Assembly (NCBI RefSeq): GCF_009914755.1
Contig: NC_060929.1
DNA: 64,000 nucleotides
Source of the DNA: the human T2T-CHM13v2.0 reference genome, Homo sapiens
Direction: 5' to 3' (one strand)
Part shown: piece after piece, positions 1-20,665 of the stretch
Layout of the letters: each line of letters starts with the position of its first letter
Position numbering within the stretch: position 1 is the stretch's first letter
Program-made: the position numbers and the translations under genes
The notes under the pieces: generated by a model
What the model was told of the DNA's origin: nothing
What the model saw: the letters and a program-made list of their open reading frames with translations, nothing else
Database searches by the model: none

Positions 1-72
1 TCAAAACACTGCACTCCGGCCTGAGCGACAGAGTGAAACTCCATCTCAGGAAAAAAACAAAAAAACAAAAAA
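1..72 (+). mobile_element. Alu 3' end (partial)
   Basis: cactgcactccggcctgagcgacagagtgaaactccatctc plus A-rich tail. Confidence 0.85.
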
Positions 73-204
73 CCCTCAACAACTGTTTACTTTTGGTATT
101 CAAGCTCATAAAAGCCTCATTTACTAGTCTACTGCTGGTAAGGATCAGGAAGGGAAAATTAAGATTACCTTCATGATAATCACGTGTGGGTTGACACAGA
201 CGGA

Positions 205-985
205 GACAATAACATAGAAATTTTATTACAGCATTTCATGTTTAAGCCAGATTCCCTGCCAGGATATTTTCTGCTTGAATTAATGAGGCAGGATTTGGTC
301 ATACCTTAATGAGTTTCACAGAAAAAGAGTTCAAGCATTAGCGCAAACTGCCTTCTGACATTAAAATAAAATAAAGCAAACATGGGATTTTCACAAAGTT
401 AAAAGCCTCCTGTGATGCACATTTTGGATAGTAGGAGACATTGAGCCCCAAAATGTTTAACATAAAGCATGGTTAATTAAATGAAACCACTGAAAAATGT
501 GAATACATGAAGAAGAAAGAATAAAATAATTTTGATGTTACCATTTCAACTACTATTTTTGATATAATCATTCTTGGCAAAATCATTCTTAAAGGTGGAA
601 ACGAGCAGGCTGATAGTACAGCAAGTAAGAGAAAGTCAATACTGATGGCCTCCACTTGCTGATCCTCTGAGACTGCATCTTATAGTTCATAAAATCTGCT
701 GAAGGTCACAACTGAGGTACAACGACTTGTGTTACTTGTACTGTAGCAATGAGGGCTTTCCCAGGCCACAACATCTGGGATCAAGGAACACATTTTGACT
801 AAATAAACTATACAGAAGTCTGTTTTAGGATTTTATGCAAATATTAACCTCATTTTAAAACATGAGGAAAAATATTACCCGCATTTAGGGCTAATTTAGC
901 TGTCAGGAATAGACCATACAGTTGAAAAAAACACAGTCTCATTTAAAAAGTTTCAGCAGAGACAAAAAGGTACTAAAGATGATAT
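205..985 (-). other. ERCC8: ERCC8 3'UTR (3' end approximate)
   Basis: Non-repetitive sequence after the stop; AATAAA on the minus strand at 222-227. Confidence 0.7.
222..227 (-). terminator. Candidate ERCC8 polyadenylation signal AATAAA
   Basis: tttatt on + strand about 760 nt past the stop; GU-rich sequence follows on the minus strand. Confidence 0.6.
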
Positions 986-1054
986 TCATCCTTCTTCATC
1001 ACTGCTGCTCCAGGCATCTTCAAAGGCCGGATTTAATTGTGATTTTGTTGTAGT
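986..1054 (-). CDS. ERCC8: ERCC8 exon 12 coding part (TTTKSQLNPAFEDAWSSSDEEG*)
   Basis: Acceptor ttttttttag|ACTACAAC; stop TGA at 988-986. Confidence 0.96.
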   Translation of the reverse strand, partial: TTTKSQLNPAFEDAWSSSDEEG

Positions 1055-2059
1055 CTAAAAAAAAAAAAGATAAAGAAAAAGGAAGATTCTGTTTTTTCTA
1101 CCTCATAATTTTAGGCTCACAATAAAGTTATGAAATATATCAGATAAATAGCAATTACATTATTTTGGAAGAAAATGTATAACTGTTAATTTCAGAACAA
1201 AAATAAGAAACAACCCATATACAATATAAGATAATGTAACTTCATTTGAAACAGACAACACCAGACTTTATCCAAACACCCTGTTTCCTTTAATCACTTC
1301 ACAAATACATACATACACACATACATACATATACTATGATGCTGCCATTGCTCAAGGTATTTCTCAACAACTCTTTGGAATTACCTGGAGAAAGTGGCAC
1401 TCTGATATCCATAGGCTAAGACTGGACTCCAGGTGTACAGTCTGACCTGACAGCCCAAAATATCAATGGTGGCAACTCTTTATTGTTTGGATGAAAATAA
1501 CTTTTATAAATAAACAAATACCAAATATGGAGAATAAGGTATTCAAGCTGAATAATACCATTTTTAGTCCAAAAATAATGTGGGTTATTAAGTAGTGATA
1601 TTTATGTACTTATTTGTAAGCAGTGATATTTAATTACTTATTTTTATAGGTTGGTAGGGCAGTTCAGTAAAACATGCAAAATACGTCAGAAATGGTAACA
1701 CGTTTATAGTCAGCACATAGGTTTCCCTCAGGGATTTGTCTGAAGGATAACATGCATCTAGATGATGTTTATTTAAAACAACAAGGTGATTAGCAACTAC
1801 AGAAATTTTAATCATCTGTGGTATTTCAAATCAGTTCATTTTGGGGAAAACTTCTGAATAGCTACTTCTGATACTCATGCAAATAACTAAAAGGGCTTTA
1901 AGATGGTCTCATTGTTAAAGTAATTGGGTATTATGAGCCAGGTTTGCTTCTTTTTGTGCAACTTTTACAACTACTACAATTTTATTCAGATTCCAATTCC
2001 AATGCTGTATTAGCATCAAGACTACTCTTAAATTATTTTAGATTTATTGCCTTTTATAA

Positions 2060-8374
<6,315 letters not shown>

Positions 8375-8508
8375 TAGTTTTTTGTATTTTTAGTAGAGAC
8401 GGGGTTTCACCGTGTTAGCCAGGATGATCTCGATCTCCTGATCTCGTGATCTGCCTACCTCAGCCTCCCAGAGTGCTGGGATTACAGGCGTGAGCCACTG
8501 CGCCCGGC
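8375..8508 (-). mobile_element. AluY left arm (continuation of 2070-2240)
   Basis: tttgtatttttagtagagac...gagccactgcgcccggc immediately after the L1 5' end. Confidence 0.9.
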
Positions 8509-8765
8509 TTAGAAACATTTTTTAATGGTAACCCCTACTGCATGTCTGAGAATGTTCATTTTCCTTTTGATGAATATGATAACTTTGAATCTTAGAATTC
8601 AATCAATGAAAACAGTAGAAAAAGTTACGTGTTCCTAGTACATTTTCCAAGTATCAGCTAGAAGAGCTGGAAAACAATATATTAATTTAGGCATTCTTTA
8701 TTGTTAAACAGATTACATTATTAAACTTAATGTCAGCTATACTCCAAATGTCCAGAAGCGAAACT

Positions 8766-9056
8766 ATTATTATTATTATTTGAGATGGAGTCTTGCTCTG
8801 TCACCCAGGCTGGAGTGCAGTGGCATGATCTTGGCTCTCTGCAACCTCTGCCCCCCAGGTTCAAGTGAGTCTTCTGCCTCAGCTTCCTAAGTAGCTGTGA
8901 CTACAGGCGCATGCCACCGGCGAATTTTTGTATTTTTAGTAGAGATGGGGTTTCACCATATTGGCTAGGCTGGTCTTGAACTCCAGATCTTGTGATCTGC
9001 CAGCCTTGGCCTCCCAAAGTGCTGGGATTACAGGCGTGAGCCACCACTCCTGGGCA
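8766..9056 (-). mobile_element. Alu (S family)
   Basis: Alu consensus match; TSD cgaaactattatta on both sides. Confidence 0.9.
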
Positions 9057-9335
9057 CGAAACTATTATTAAACCTCAGGTAACTACTCACTGATTTCTAG
9101 CCACGGTACACTTATTTGCAACAGTTGTATACTGAAGTCTGTTCATTTTGTCTTTCATCCAAATGTTTACTGAATTTCCTGTCTTTTTGGGTTGTCAATT
9201 TGACTATTAAATTAGGTTATTTAGTGAGAGTTTATTAAAAGACATCTTGTCATTGGGGGTTAGCTGACTCCTCTTCCCTACTCTGTCTCTAGAAGCCTTT
9301 AACTTGCCTTTGATAACTACCAAAAATAGCCCTGG

Positions 9336-9339
<4 letters not shown>

Positions 9340-9375
<36 letters not shown>
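9340..9375. repeat. (AC)18 microsatellite
   Basis: Uninterrupted AC run. Confidence 0.95.
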
Positions 9376-9378
<3 letters not shown>

Positions 9379-10565
9379 TGTAGGTGGATAAGCCACATGA
9401 GGGCCATGCTTCCTAATCCTACTATGGAAGCCCAGTGTGTAACCTATTAAAAATTTTAATTTCAGTTGAAAACTCAACAGAAAAGCAAAATTATACTTCA
9501 TCATAAATTATTTTTGTATGGTAAGCAAAGAAACAAAAATAAATGAAAATCATAATCAGTTGCATACAAATTATTTCACTTTTCAGTGAAATAATGATAT
9601 ATGAATGCATTACAGTATTTTAGAAATACATTTTATTGCCAAAACAATCACAAATAAATATTATACTGGTAGTATGATAAAGCAGCAGTAAAAATGTTGT
9701 AGATGGATGTGGTACACATTACCATTTGAGACCCACTGATCAAGTGTCACTACTATTATTTCAGTTTTCTCTGCAACATCTCCTCCTAGTGGACATGCAG
9801 TCTGTGCTTGAACATATTCATCTATATCTCACCAGGTTGTCAGTTCTACTGACAGATAGCGTCAATGTTATAGAAATAATGAAGCATGAGTTTAGAGGGG
9901 ACCTAGTTATGAGTTTAGAGAAGGAATAGAACCAAACTTAACATCTACAAGGATATTTCTTGATAACTTTCAAATTTCTGACTGGTAATTAGTGGCAACT
10001 CTCAGGTTGTCAGCAAGTGATTATACATTGACACAAGTGATATGTAAAACAGTTATGTATTGTGTGAATGTCAAAACAAAGTAAGATTCTTAGTGAGAGG
10101 TCAGGTTTAAACTGGAATAAACCTGCCCTATAGATCTCAGGCAGGAAAAAGTAATTAGGAGTTATAGATAGGCTTGTCTTGACCAGACCAGCTTTTAGAA
10201 AGGAGGGTCAAAAGGAAGCCAGATTCCTCAAAATATAATAAAACAGTCTGCCAACTAAATAAAAGGATTTATAGTTAAAGACCATAAATCCTGTCCCTAT
10301 CATCCAGTGTTCTTCCTTTCTTTAGATAGAATTAAATTCATCTTCTACTTTGGATATCAGGAGAAACACCCCTAAGGGATTACATCTTGATTGATGGGGA
10401 GGTAACTCTCATCTGAAGAATGCATTTGAAAGGAAACCTAAGAATAACTTTGATTAGACAATTCTGATATTTGGAAATATTATAAGCTTGTCCCAGATCA
10501 TAAGTAGAATAAATGGCAGAACTGGGATTCAAACCCAGTTTCCTGAAGCTAAAGACTAAGTATGT

Positions 10566-10946
<381 letters not shown>

Positions 10947-11383
10947 TCAAATAAATATACTTATTTTGTAGTTGGGATAAAAGCACTTTTAAACATGGCT
11001 TAAATTATAAACATATATGTAAGGAATAGGATCTTCTGGACAGACTATTCTACTGGGATCTGCATCATGATCACATTCATGTTCTGCCTATATTCACAGG
11101 AATGCTTCAAACTAAAATTTTATGGAAATTACTTTAGCACATACCATTTTATATTAATATGAGAATGACTGCTATCTTAAAATATATGAACATGACATTT
11201 TAAAAGGTAAGGTTTTATAGCTCTAAAACAAATACAAAACTCAACTTGATATTTGTATATCTCTATGTGATTTTCTAACTTGTTTTGCTTAATTTCTCAT
11301 ATACAAAAGTTTGTTTACACGAAGAGTTCAAACTATCACTATAACGACATAACAAGGAAATAAACCATCAGTCACATATTATC

Positions 11384-11682
11384 TTTTTTTTTTTCCTTTG
11401 AGTCAAGATCTCACTCTGTCACCCAGGCTGGAGTATAGTGGTGCAATTGTGGCTCACTGTAGCCTTGAACTCTTGGGCTCAGTGATCCTCCCACCTCACC
11501 CTCTTAAGTAGCTGGAACTATAAGTGTAAAGCCACCAAACCTGGCTAATTTTGTCTATTTTTTGTAGAGATGGGGTCTTTCTATGTTGCGTAGGCTGGTC
11601 TTGAACTCCTGGACTCAAGAGATTCTCCCACCTCAGCCTCTCAAAGTGCTGGGATTACAGATGTGAGCCACCACAACTGGCC
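11384..11682 (-). mobile_element. Alu (J family)
   Basis: Diverged Alu; TSD cacatattatcttt. Confidence 0.88.
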
Positions 11683-12789
11683 ACATATTATCTTTAAGAA
11701 TTAAACAATTTAGTATTCTTCTAACATCCTTTTCTATACATAAGTCACTATAGATTTACTTTTCATTTATTTTTACTGTTTTCATTTGGTAAATAAAATG
11801 TTATATTTCCTAACATGGCTTACAGTGTTAACTTGGGTTTAATGTATACAGCAATTCCCAAAGAGCAGGACACAATAATTACATAAAGAAATGTAAAATA
11901 AATGGCTAAACCTAATTATTTGACCATATTAAGCTTTATACAGAAGAATATTCTGACACCAAAAGCAGCTGTATGCTAAAGTTAATCAAGCCACAATAAA
12001 CCAAATTAGACGTGATAAAATCTGGAAGTATGCATATGGCACTGGGTAGCTACTTAAAGATTTATCAAAAGGTATTTTTTTCTCTTTATTTGGATTAAGG
12101 ACAAAAGAAAATAATTCACAGGTTTACACAGCAGTAAACCTTAGCAGTTGAAAATTTAGGTATGAAATATATATTGTCAATAGCTGTGAGATGCTATCAA
12201 CCACCTCTATACAAATTATATTTTCATGTGGTTTTTGACATAGTCCTTTTTTCATAAAGGAACTAAACACAGTATATGAAAAATGTTTTTTGAATGTCAA
12301 ACGTGCTCTATCAATAACTTTTCCTCCACCTCCATTTAAGATGCTTTTACTATGACTTGGTTAAGATTACCTTAAGGTGTTTCCAACTACATTATTTATA
12401 TTTCCAACTTAAAGAACTATATGTATATATATATGTATATATATATACAAACATTGTTTTTAGACATTGCTTTTAGACTTTTTATATTGTAGAAATTAAG
12501 ATAAATGAGGATGATTATTAGGAGAATAAACCTTGGTGGGAGAGAAACCACCTTTAAACAGCCTCTATCTTCCTACTGCTTGATGTGAAAGTTAAAAAAA
12601 AATACAGAGGCTATTACTTTAGGTCAGGGACAATGGTCTTGTTCATCTTTGTTTACCTACTGTGTTTTTAAGGTCTTTATTTACACTGTCATGCTTATAC
12701 TGATTTATGTTCTACGAAAGGCACTGTCAGACTGCTGGTAGGAGTGTAAACTGGTAAAATTTGACATGAGAACAAAGTCTTAAAAATGT

Positions 12790-13242
<453 letters not shown>

Positions 13243-13598
13243 TTACCTTGATGTTTACAATAATCAACAGAAATGCCTCCAAGTAGGTAAATATTTGAAT
13301 TGCTTTTATCAATGACAGAATATCATTAGAAATGTTTACACATAGTTATTAATGACATGAAAAAAGGCTTATTGTACAATGTTAATGAGAAAAGTGAGAT
13401 ACCAAGTTGAATGTCCAACCATGATATGAACTATGTTAAAAAACATATGCATAGGAAAAAACAGTTATGAAACAAATCAAAATGTTAATATTGATTAATT
13501 TGACTTGAGGAATTTTATGTTCTTCTTTTGATATTTTTCTGAATTTTCCAAATGTATTAAAATAGTCAAATTATTTTTACGGAAATTACCAAGAAATG

Positions 13599-13727
13599 CT
13601 TTTTTGTTGTTGTTGTTCTGAGATGGGGTCTCACTACATTGCCCAGGCTGGTCTTGATTTCTGGGCTCAAGTGATCATCTTGCCTCAGTCTCCCAGGTAC
13701 CTGGGACTATAGGTGCATGCCACTGGC
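13599..13727 (-). mobile_element. Alu monomer (FRAM/FLAM-like)
   Basis: Single Alu arm; TSD caagaaatgcttt; about 95 nt from the exon 11 donor. Confidence 0.8.
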
Positions 13728-13780
13728 AAGAAATGCTTTAAAAGTCTCTCTCACATAAAGTAACAAAACATTATTTCTTA

Positions 13781-13903
<123 letters not shown>

Positions 13904-15727
13904 CTATAACATAGAAGGCAAAGATGATACTGTGGATCAAGAGCTGATATCAAACTGAAATGAATTATATCATTTTTGAAATAATTAGGTCATAATAATT
14001 AGATTAATGCTATTTCTACTCCCTAAAGAAACTAGGCCAATGCTGTTTTTCCTTTGTTTCTTTGTTAGTAAAGCTTTGTTTTGTATTTAAAAATAGTATT
14101 AGGATTTGTCAGAGCTTACTAATGGTGTGAAAATTTTACAAACACACCCCAAATCCTAGCAGTTTTATCAATTATAGTATCCATATATTTCTAATGTCAG
14201 AGAAAGAAAAAAATAGTTTGTCTTTCTGTGTCCAAATAACTGAGCTTCAATAAAGACTTCAGTGAAGAAACCATATGAGCGTCTACTAAAATAGGCCAAG
14301 TTCTCAAAAAGTTTTATTTAACTTACAGCTGCCTAACTGGCTGCAATTCAACAGAAGAGCTTGAAGATGTATATCCCATGCCTGTTGAGAAGTTTACTTC
14401 ATAAGGGGAAGCTTGGGGTGATGCACAGCCTATGTCAATGTCTACAGATATGCTGTTTGCTTATGGCTGAACAATGCTCATGCCCCTCCCCAACAAAACC
14501 GAAGAAATATGTTATATTGGCTTTTTTCCTCTGCTGTTTAATACAATTTATTTTTATTATTGTACATCTCAAAAACAATGTGAGGCATGGTATAATTGTG
14601 TTTTTTATCTAAGTAAGGATGTGGGAAAAGGGAAAATAAGATTATATAGTAATTTATAGAAAATGTAGATTTAAATAATTATTAGATATACATTATCAAA
14701 TTTCCTAAATAAAACAAAATTTTGTTGACTGTATTACAAAATCTAGACTATAAAGTTACACTAACTGTGGCTGATGCAAAGATATATATGTTCAGTGCCC
14801 TTGAGTAATTTTACTCCCCTGAGAAGGCCAGGTAATGCGCAAGATAACTTGGTCAGATAAGCTTATAGAGCAATTCACAATAAGTACTAACACACCCAGT
14901 GAAGACATAAAGGAAATTCTGTAGATGTTCAAGAAAGAGATATTGAAAGCAGCAACATTTAAATTAGAATGACTAACAAAGAACACTTAGATAGAATGAT
15001 TTACATTAAGCCTTGAAGTATCTGTGATAGATGGAGGAGTTCATTTGGGCAATTAGATTTTCTTAAAAAATAATCTCAAAATGTAAGTTACAAGTGCAGT
15101 CCAAAAGACTTCTTTTCCCCCTTGAATCATATGAGAGTAAGTTGCCAACATTAGGCCTTACTACTCTTGAATAATTCAGTGTATTTTTCCTGTGAACAAG
15201 GGTACTTCCCCTTATAGTTACAAAGTAACCAACAAAATCATATTATTACCACCATCTAAAGACCACATTCATGTTTCATTATTTGTTCCAATACTGTCCT
15301 TTATAGCAAAAGGGACCAGTTAAAAATCACATGCTGCACTTAGTCGTCAAGTCTCTTTAGTTTTCAAGCTGGAACAGTTCTTCAGTCTCTTTGGCTTTTC
15401 TGACTTTGATAATTTTGGATATACAGCAGTTACTTTGTAGACTGCCCTTCACATTTGGCTTGTCTTATGTTTCCTCATGATTAAATTTGAGTGATACAAT
15501 TTGGTCAGGAATATCACAGAAGTGATGTCCCATAACTGGGATGCTAACTTAGATTATTCGATGAAGGTGATATGTGCCAGGCTCCTTCAGGGTAAAATTA
15601 ATCTTTTTAGTTTGTACTTCATATTTTGTAGGGTGATATGTTGAGATTATATAAATATCTCATTCCTCATCAAATTTTCAATTTATTAATTTACTTACTT
15701 ATCCCAGCCTAGATTCATGAATTTATA

Positions 15728-15980
15728 TTCTGTTGCCCATGTTGGAGTGCAGTGGTGTGAACACGGCTCACTCAATCTCCTGGACTCAAGCAATTCTCTT
15801 GCTTCAGCCTCCTGCACAGCTGGGACTACAGGCATATACCACCACACCTGGCTGATTTTTTGATTTTTTGTAAATACAGGGCCTCATTCTGTCACCTAGG
15901 CTGGCCTGGAACTCCTGGGCTCAAGTGATGCTTTCGGCCTCCTAAAGTGCTGGGATTACAGGCATGAGCCACTGTGCGCA
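15728..15980 (-). mobile_element. Alu (J family, degenerate)
   Basis: ctgttgccc...ctcctgggctcaagtgat...gagccactg. Confidence 0.8.
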
Positions 15981-17238
15981 ACCATTGTCACGATTTTAAT
16001 CCATTCTAGGCACACCTATTAGAGAAGCTCCAATTTGGTAGAAAGAAATAATTTGTGGTTAGAGTACCTGGGATGAAATTTCGGCTGTGTCTCTAAGTAA
16101 CTTTGCAAAGAAAGGAGGGACAATGTTTTAAGAATTTCTTTGAATACAAACACATGCTTTATCAGTAACTACTTGCAGGTTAGGGGCAAGTCACGTCACC
16201 TCTCTGGTGCTTTCGTTTTCTTCTCTCAGAACACTAAAAATGTTTAACAAATGGGATATACCTTCTTATTGACTAATAAAAAGAGATACTGGCTATAGGG
16301 TTGGAGTAGGGTCTTGTAGGTCCCCTTTTAGTTGCTGGGTTAAGGTGACGTCTAAGAGGTCCCAGGGAAGGGGCTGAGGCTGGAGGTCGCTTGGGGGCTT
16401 GGTGCAGCAGCTGTTTACCAGCCAGTAGGATATATAAATATTTATATATTTTAATAATGAATACTGCCATAATGGTATGTACTGGCTGAAAAATCAGGTC
16501 TATATATCTTACAGCACAGTGTCAGGCACAAATTAGGCAATCAGTATTAATGAATGAATGAATAGGAGATTCAAAGTGATAGTCTCCTTGAGCTCTAATA
16601 ATCTGTAATGTTCATTCTATCAGTATTTAACTTACGTGAGTTTCATTTTCCTTACCTACAAAACAGGGAAAATACCAACTATCTTGCAATGTTATACTCA
16701 TTTAAAGAAGTGCATGAGGTAATTTGTGCAAATGTTCTCTGAAAAAATGAAAAACCATCTGCTCCATTGGTGATATGAAAAGATCTGGATGTAAAACAAA
16801 CAAACAAAAGCCAGAGTATTTAAGAAATTATATAGGTTGTATTAACTTCAAAACCTCCCTTTACTAGCCATTGGTAGAAAATAAGGAAGAATAGATCATC
16901 CACACATACATAAACCAACATATACAAATTATATTTTATGATTAAATGCCTATATTTTATTTCTTACCCAAAAGATTGTTTCAAGAAATTATTTTAATTC
17001 ACCACAGATTTTCAGTTGTTAAATAAATGAAGGTCATATGCAAAAGAAACAGAATTTATACCAATCAAGTTGCACAGTATTATATTGATTCATTCATACA
17101 TTGTATGCTGTCTAACAATCTAGGCTGTGCTATTCTCTATTAAATAAATCCTACTACAAATGTGGATTAAAAGTATAACTCCTCAGAATAAAATCATAAT
17201 TTATTCTTTTACATATAACTGGTCTGGCAAGCTAGCTA

Positions 17239-17514
<276 letters not shown>

Positions 17515-18044
17515 TTAAAACACAACAAAGACTAGGAGAAATACTTAAAATATTATGCTATAAAAAGGGCTCTTTTAAATTTAAGGAAAATATTCAACGT
17601 TGACAGAACAAGGGCCAATGACATGAATGTACATTTAACAAAAGAGGAAATACAAATAGTAAAAAACCACAGGGGTAAATGTTTACTTTTCAATCTTAAT
17701 AGAAGTAAAATACAGACTTCAACCTTGAAGAATCATTTTAGACCATTTAGCAAAAAATTAAAAAAACGTAAGACATTAGTGATACAAGTGAGGTAAACAT
17801 GTTGGTGGCAGTGTAATTTGGCTATTCTTTCTAAAAGGGCAAATGGTTTATTAATGCAACCATTCTTTTCAAAAGAATAATATTTTTTGGGGGGTGTATA
17901 TTATATACTCCCAAAAAACATTATTTTCAAAAGACTACCCCACCAAGAATTTTTTTTGGGGCTAATACCCCCCAAAAACCATTCCTTTCAAAAGAATGGT
18001 ATTTTTTGGGGAGGGGGTAATGATATTTTTTGGGGGGGCATATT

Positions 18045-20324
18045 CTTTTTTTTTTTTTCCTGCTGATACTTCTTTTATTTCTGTTGTAAAACAGAGTAGG
18101 GGTTAAATAAAGGGTATTGGGTTTGTCAGCTCCAGCCTCTTGGGACTCTTTTTCCTGGAGAGAGTGGAGAGAACAGTGGGAGGCAAAGACACATAGTTGG
18201 GGAAGGGTTCTTTTAATATGCAGATGCTTCAGGGAGAACCAAACTATTTCACTGGTAATCTCCCGTCCCACTGGAACTGGTGCTTGGATCGGAAGGGAAG
18301 TGAGATCAGTCAATTAGTTACCAACACTGCCATCAGCATTGCCAGAGAGGTGGAGGGCAGACATCATGGAATCAGACAGCTCCCTGGGGATTTTATCTGC
18401 ACATTTCTGTAAATTCTTACTCTTCAGGGAGGATGCTAGAGCCTGGCCCTGTTGTAGGGGGTCCATCTCCATGATCCTCTGCAGTACTGGGCAGCAGTCC
18501 ACTGGGCACACATCCACCTTACTGTTTTTTTTTAGGGTGGTGGTCTACATTGAGTTTAGCCCACCCCATCTGATGACGATTCGGATTGGTGCAATAACCA
18601 GTGAGATCTCCAATCTTATATACAGTAGCTTTATCTTCAATGGCATCTGCTATTTCCATCATCGGAGAATGGAGCAACTTGATCTCCATTTTGAGTGGGT
18701 CTGTGTCACCCAATAGCTCATCAGATTCTCCAGTGGCCAAGCATTCCATGGTGTCTTCATTGACTTGCTCGGTATCCTTGATGTCAAAGAACTTGGTCAT
18801 TTCCTTAATTCTCAGCACTGAGATGGGCAGGCAGAGTGTGAGTGGGTGGTGGTGGTCTATAGAAGCTGATCTTCCCGCTCACCCAGTCAGCTAGGACAGT
18901 TTTGGCTGCCTGCTCCTGACTGTGTAAGTCTCTCTTCTTCCCCAAATGGTGGGCCACTGCTGTCAGAAAGTGCTCAGTAGTCTGGTACCCAGAGAGAAGG
19001 TAATAGTTGGAAATCTCCTCCAGGTTGCAGCACTGCAAGATGGTCTCCACTGGGGTCATGGGGTCTGCCAGTCTCTAGATGTGGATGCAGTTATGCAGGA
19101 TGGTGCCCACCTCTGAGCTGGGCCCTGGAACAATGGCTGGAGCATCCAGCAGCCGGATGAACTTGTCCAGGTAGACCTCCTGCATGAATTTCGTGACCCC
19201 AGGAATGGCTCCCACACTGCATGCATGGCTGTGCTTCAGGCTTTTAATCAGGCTGCTTTTCCCAATATTGGGAAGGCCTACAATGTCCATATGGATGTGG
19301 GTGCGCATTTCACCAAGGCAGCAATAGTTCCCCAGAACCCTCATGAGGTTTTCAGCTCCAAAGCTGACCTGATGCTGGGTCCTGGCCTTGAAAGCCACAG
19401 TTGGCAACTCATTCCGAAGGTAATCCAGCCACTTCACAACCTCCTTGGGGTCCAGGTCAATCTTTTTCAAGACCAGGACCAGCTTCTTGTTGCCTTCTGC
19501 CCATAGGATAGCCTCCCCCATTTGGAAGCAGCAGCAGCAGCCTAATGGGTCTCTGGCATCCAGGACTTCCAGAATCACATCACAGTATTCTACCACCTCA
19601 CGGACTCCTTGTAATAAGCCTTCATAGTGGCCTCGTCATCCAGCTGAGGAAACATATTTAATTCCTGCAAAACTTCTTCCTTACACTGAAACTCCTCCTG
19701 GCGTCTTAGGATATCCTCACAGTAGCTCTTGATAGACCTGCGTTTTTGTCTTTCTTGCTCCTGGGCAGCTTGCTGCTTCTCCCTCATCTCCTCAACCCTC
19801 TTCTTTATTTCAGCCTCTCGATTGGCATGATCATTGGAGTGAACAAACTGAGGAGCAGAGGGCACTTTGGAGGTTGCTTTCTTCCCATTTTGTTTTGCAG
19901 GCTTCTTACAGCCCTTGGAAACTTTACCTGGCTTTTCATTTTTGTTTCTAAGTTTCATCATCATGATCAGCTTGAAAGCAGATAGGTTCGAATCCGCTTG
20001 CTCTCTTCCTATACTTCCGGCGGGGATCTGAGAAGAGAGAGTAACAGACGCTCTTGTGCTGCTAGGCTCCGGACTTCTGGCTTCCGGATGCCAGCCTGGC
20101 GGCGCCCGACTCCGCCCACTGGGCAGTCTCCACGAGGGGGCGGGGCTTCTCCCTTCCCTTTATAGTTAAACATTTTTTCATACACATAATATAAAATTTA
20201 CCATCATAACCATTTTTAATGGTACTCAATGGCATTAAGTGCATTCATGTTGTTGTGCAACTCTCATCACTATCCATCTCTAGAACTCTTCATCTTGCAA
20301 AATTTTACCCATTAAACAGCAAAG
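18045..20324 (-). pseudogene. GNL3LP1: Processed pseudogene of GNL3L (nucleostemin-family GTPase), probably GNL3LP1
   Basis: Intronless frameshifted ORF pieces 19964->18314 match GNL3L (MMKLR..., [15 protein letters not shown]4 KKIDL, G1 [10 protein letters not shown]3 DAPAIV, ...[10 protein letters not shown]). AATAAA 18074-18079, poly(A) 18046-18058, candidate TSD atattctt at 18040-18047 and 20325-20332. Confidence 0.93.
19985..20160 (-). promoter_or_regulatory. CpG-rich promoter-like segment at the 5' end of the GNL3L retrocopy
   Basis: 13 CpG in about 155 bp; two CCGGAAG ETS-type motifs (20013-20020, 20081-20087); GC boxes near 20111 and 20137-20145; GGTTCGAATCC at 19985-19995. Confidence 0.5.
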
Positions 20325-20349
20325 ATATTCTTACCCCTTGACCTGGTAA

Positions 20350-20665
<316 letters not shown>

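Noticed and set aside
16273-16470. Short ORF starting VFIIKIYKYLYI, resembling the hAT motif near 53040
   Set aside because: Low-complexity AT-rich match with no flanking transposase motifs.
17859-18045. CRISPR-like repeat-spacer impression (also at 25285-25526)
   Set aside because: Units are irregular, in mixed orientation and lack unique spacers; eukaryotic context with no cas genes.
18314-19596. GNL3L-like GTPase as a functional full-length retrogene
   Set aside because: Several frameshifts and stops, altered G-motifs (KKID, DAPA) and an internal deletion; only the N-terminal 124 codons are intact.
19960-20030. Possible tRNA gene (GGTTCGAATCC T-loop motif)
   Set aside because: No acceptor stem, D-arm/A-box or anticodon arm; it lies in the GNL3L-derived leader.
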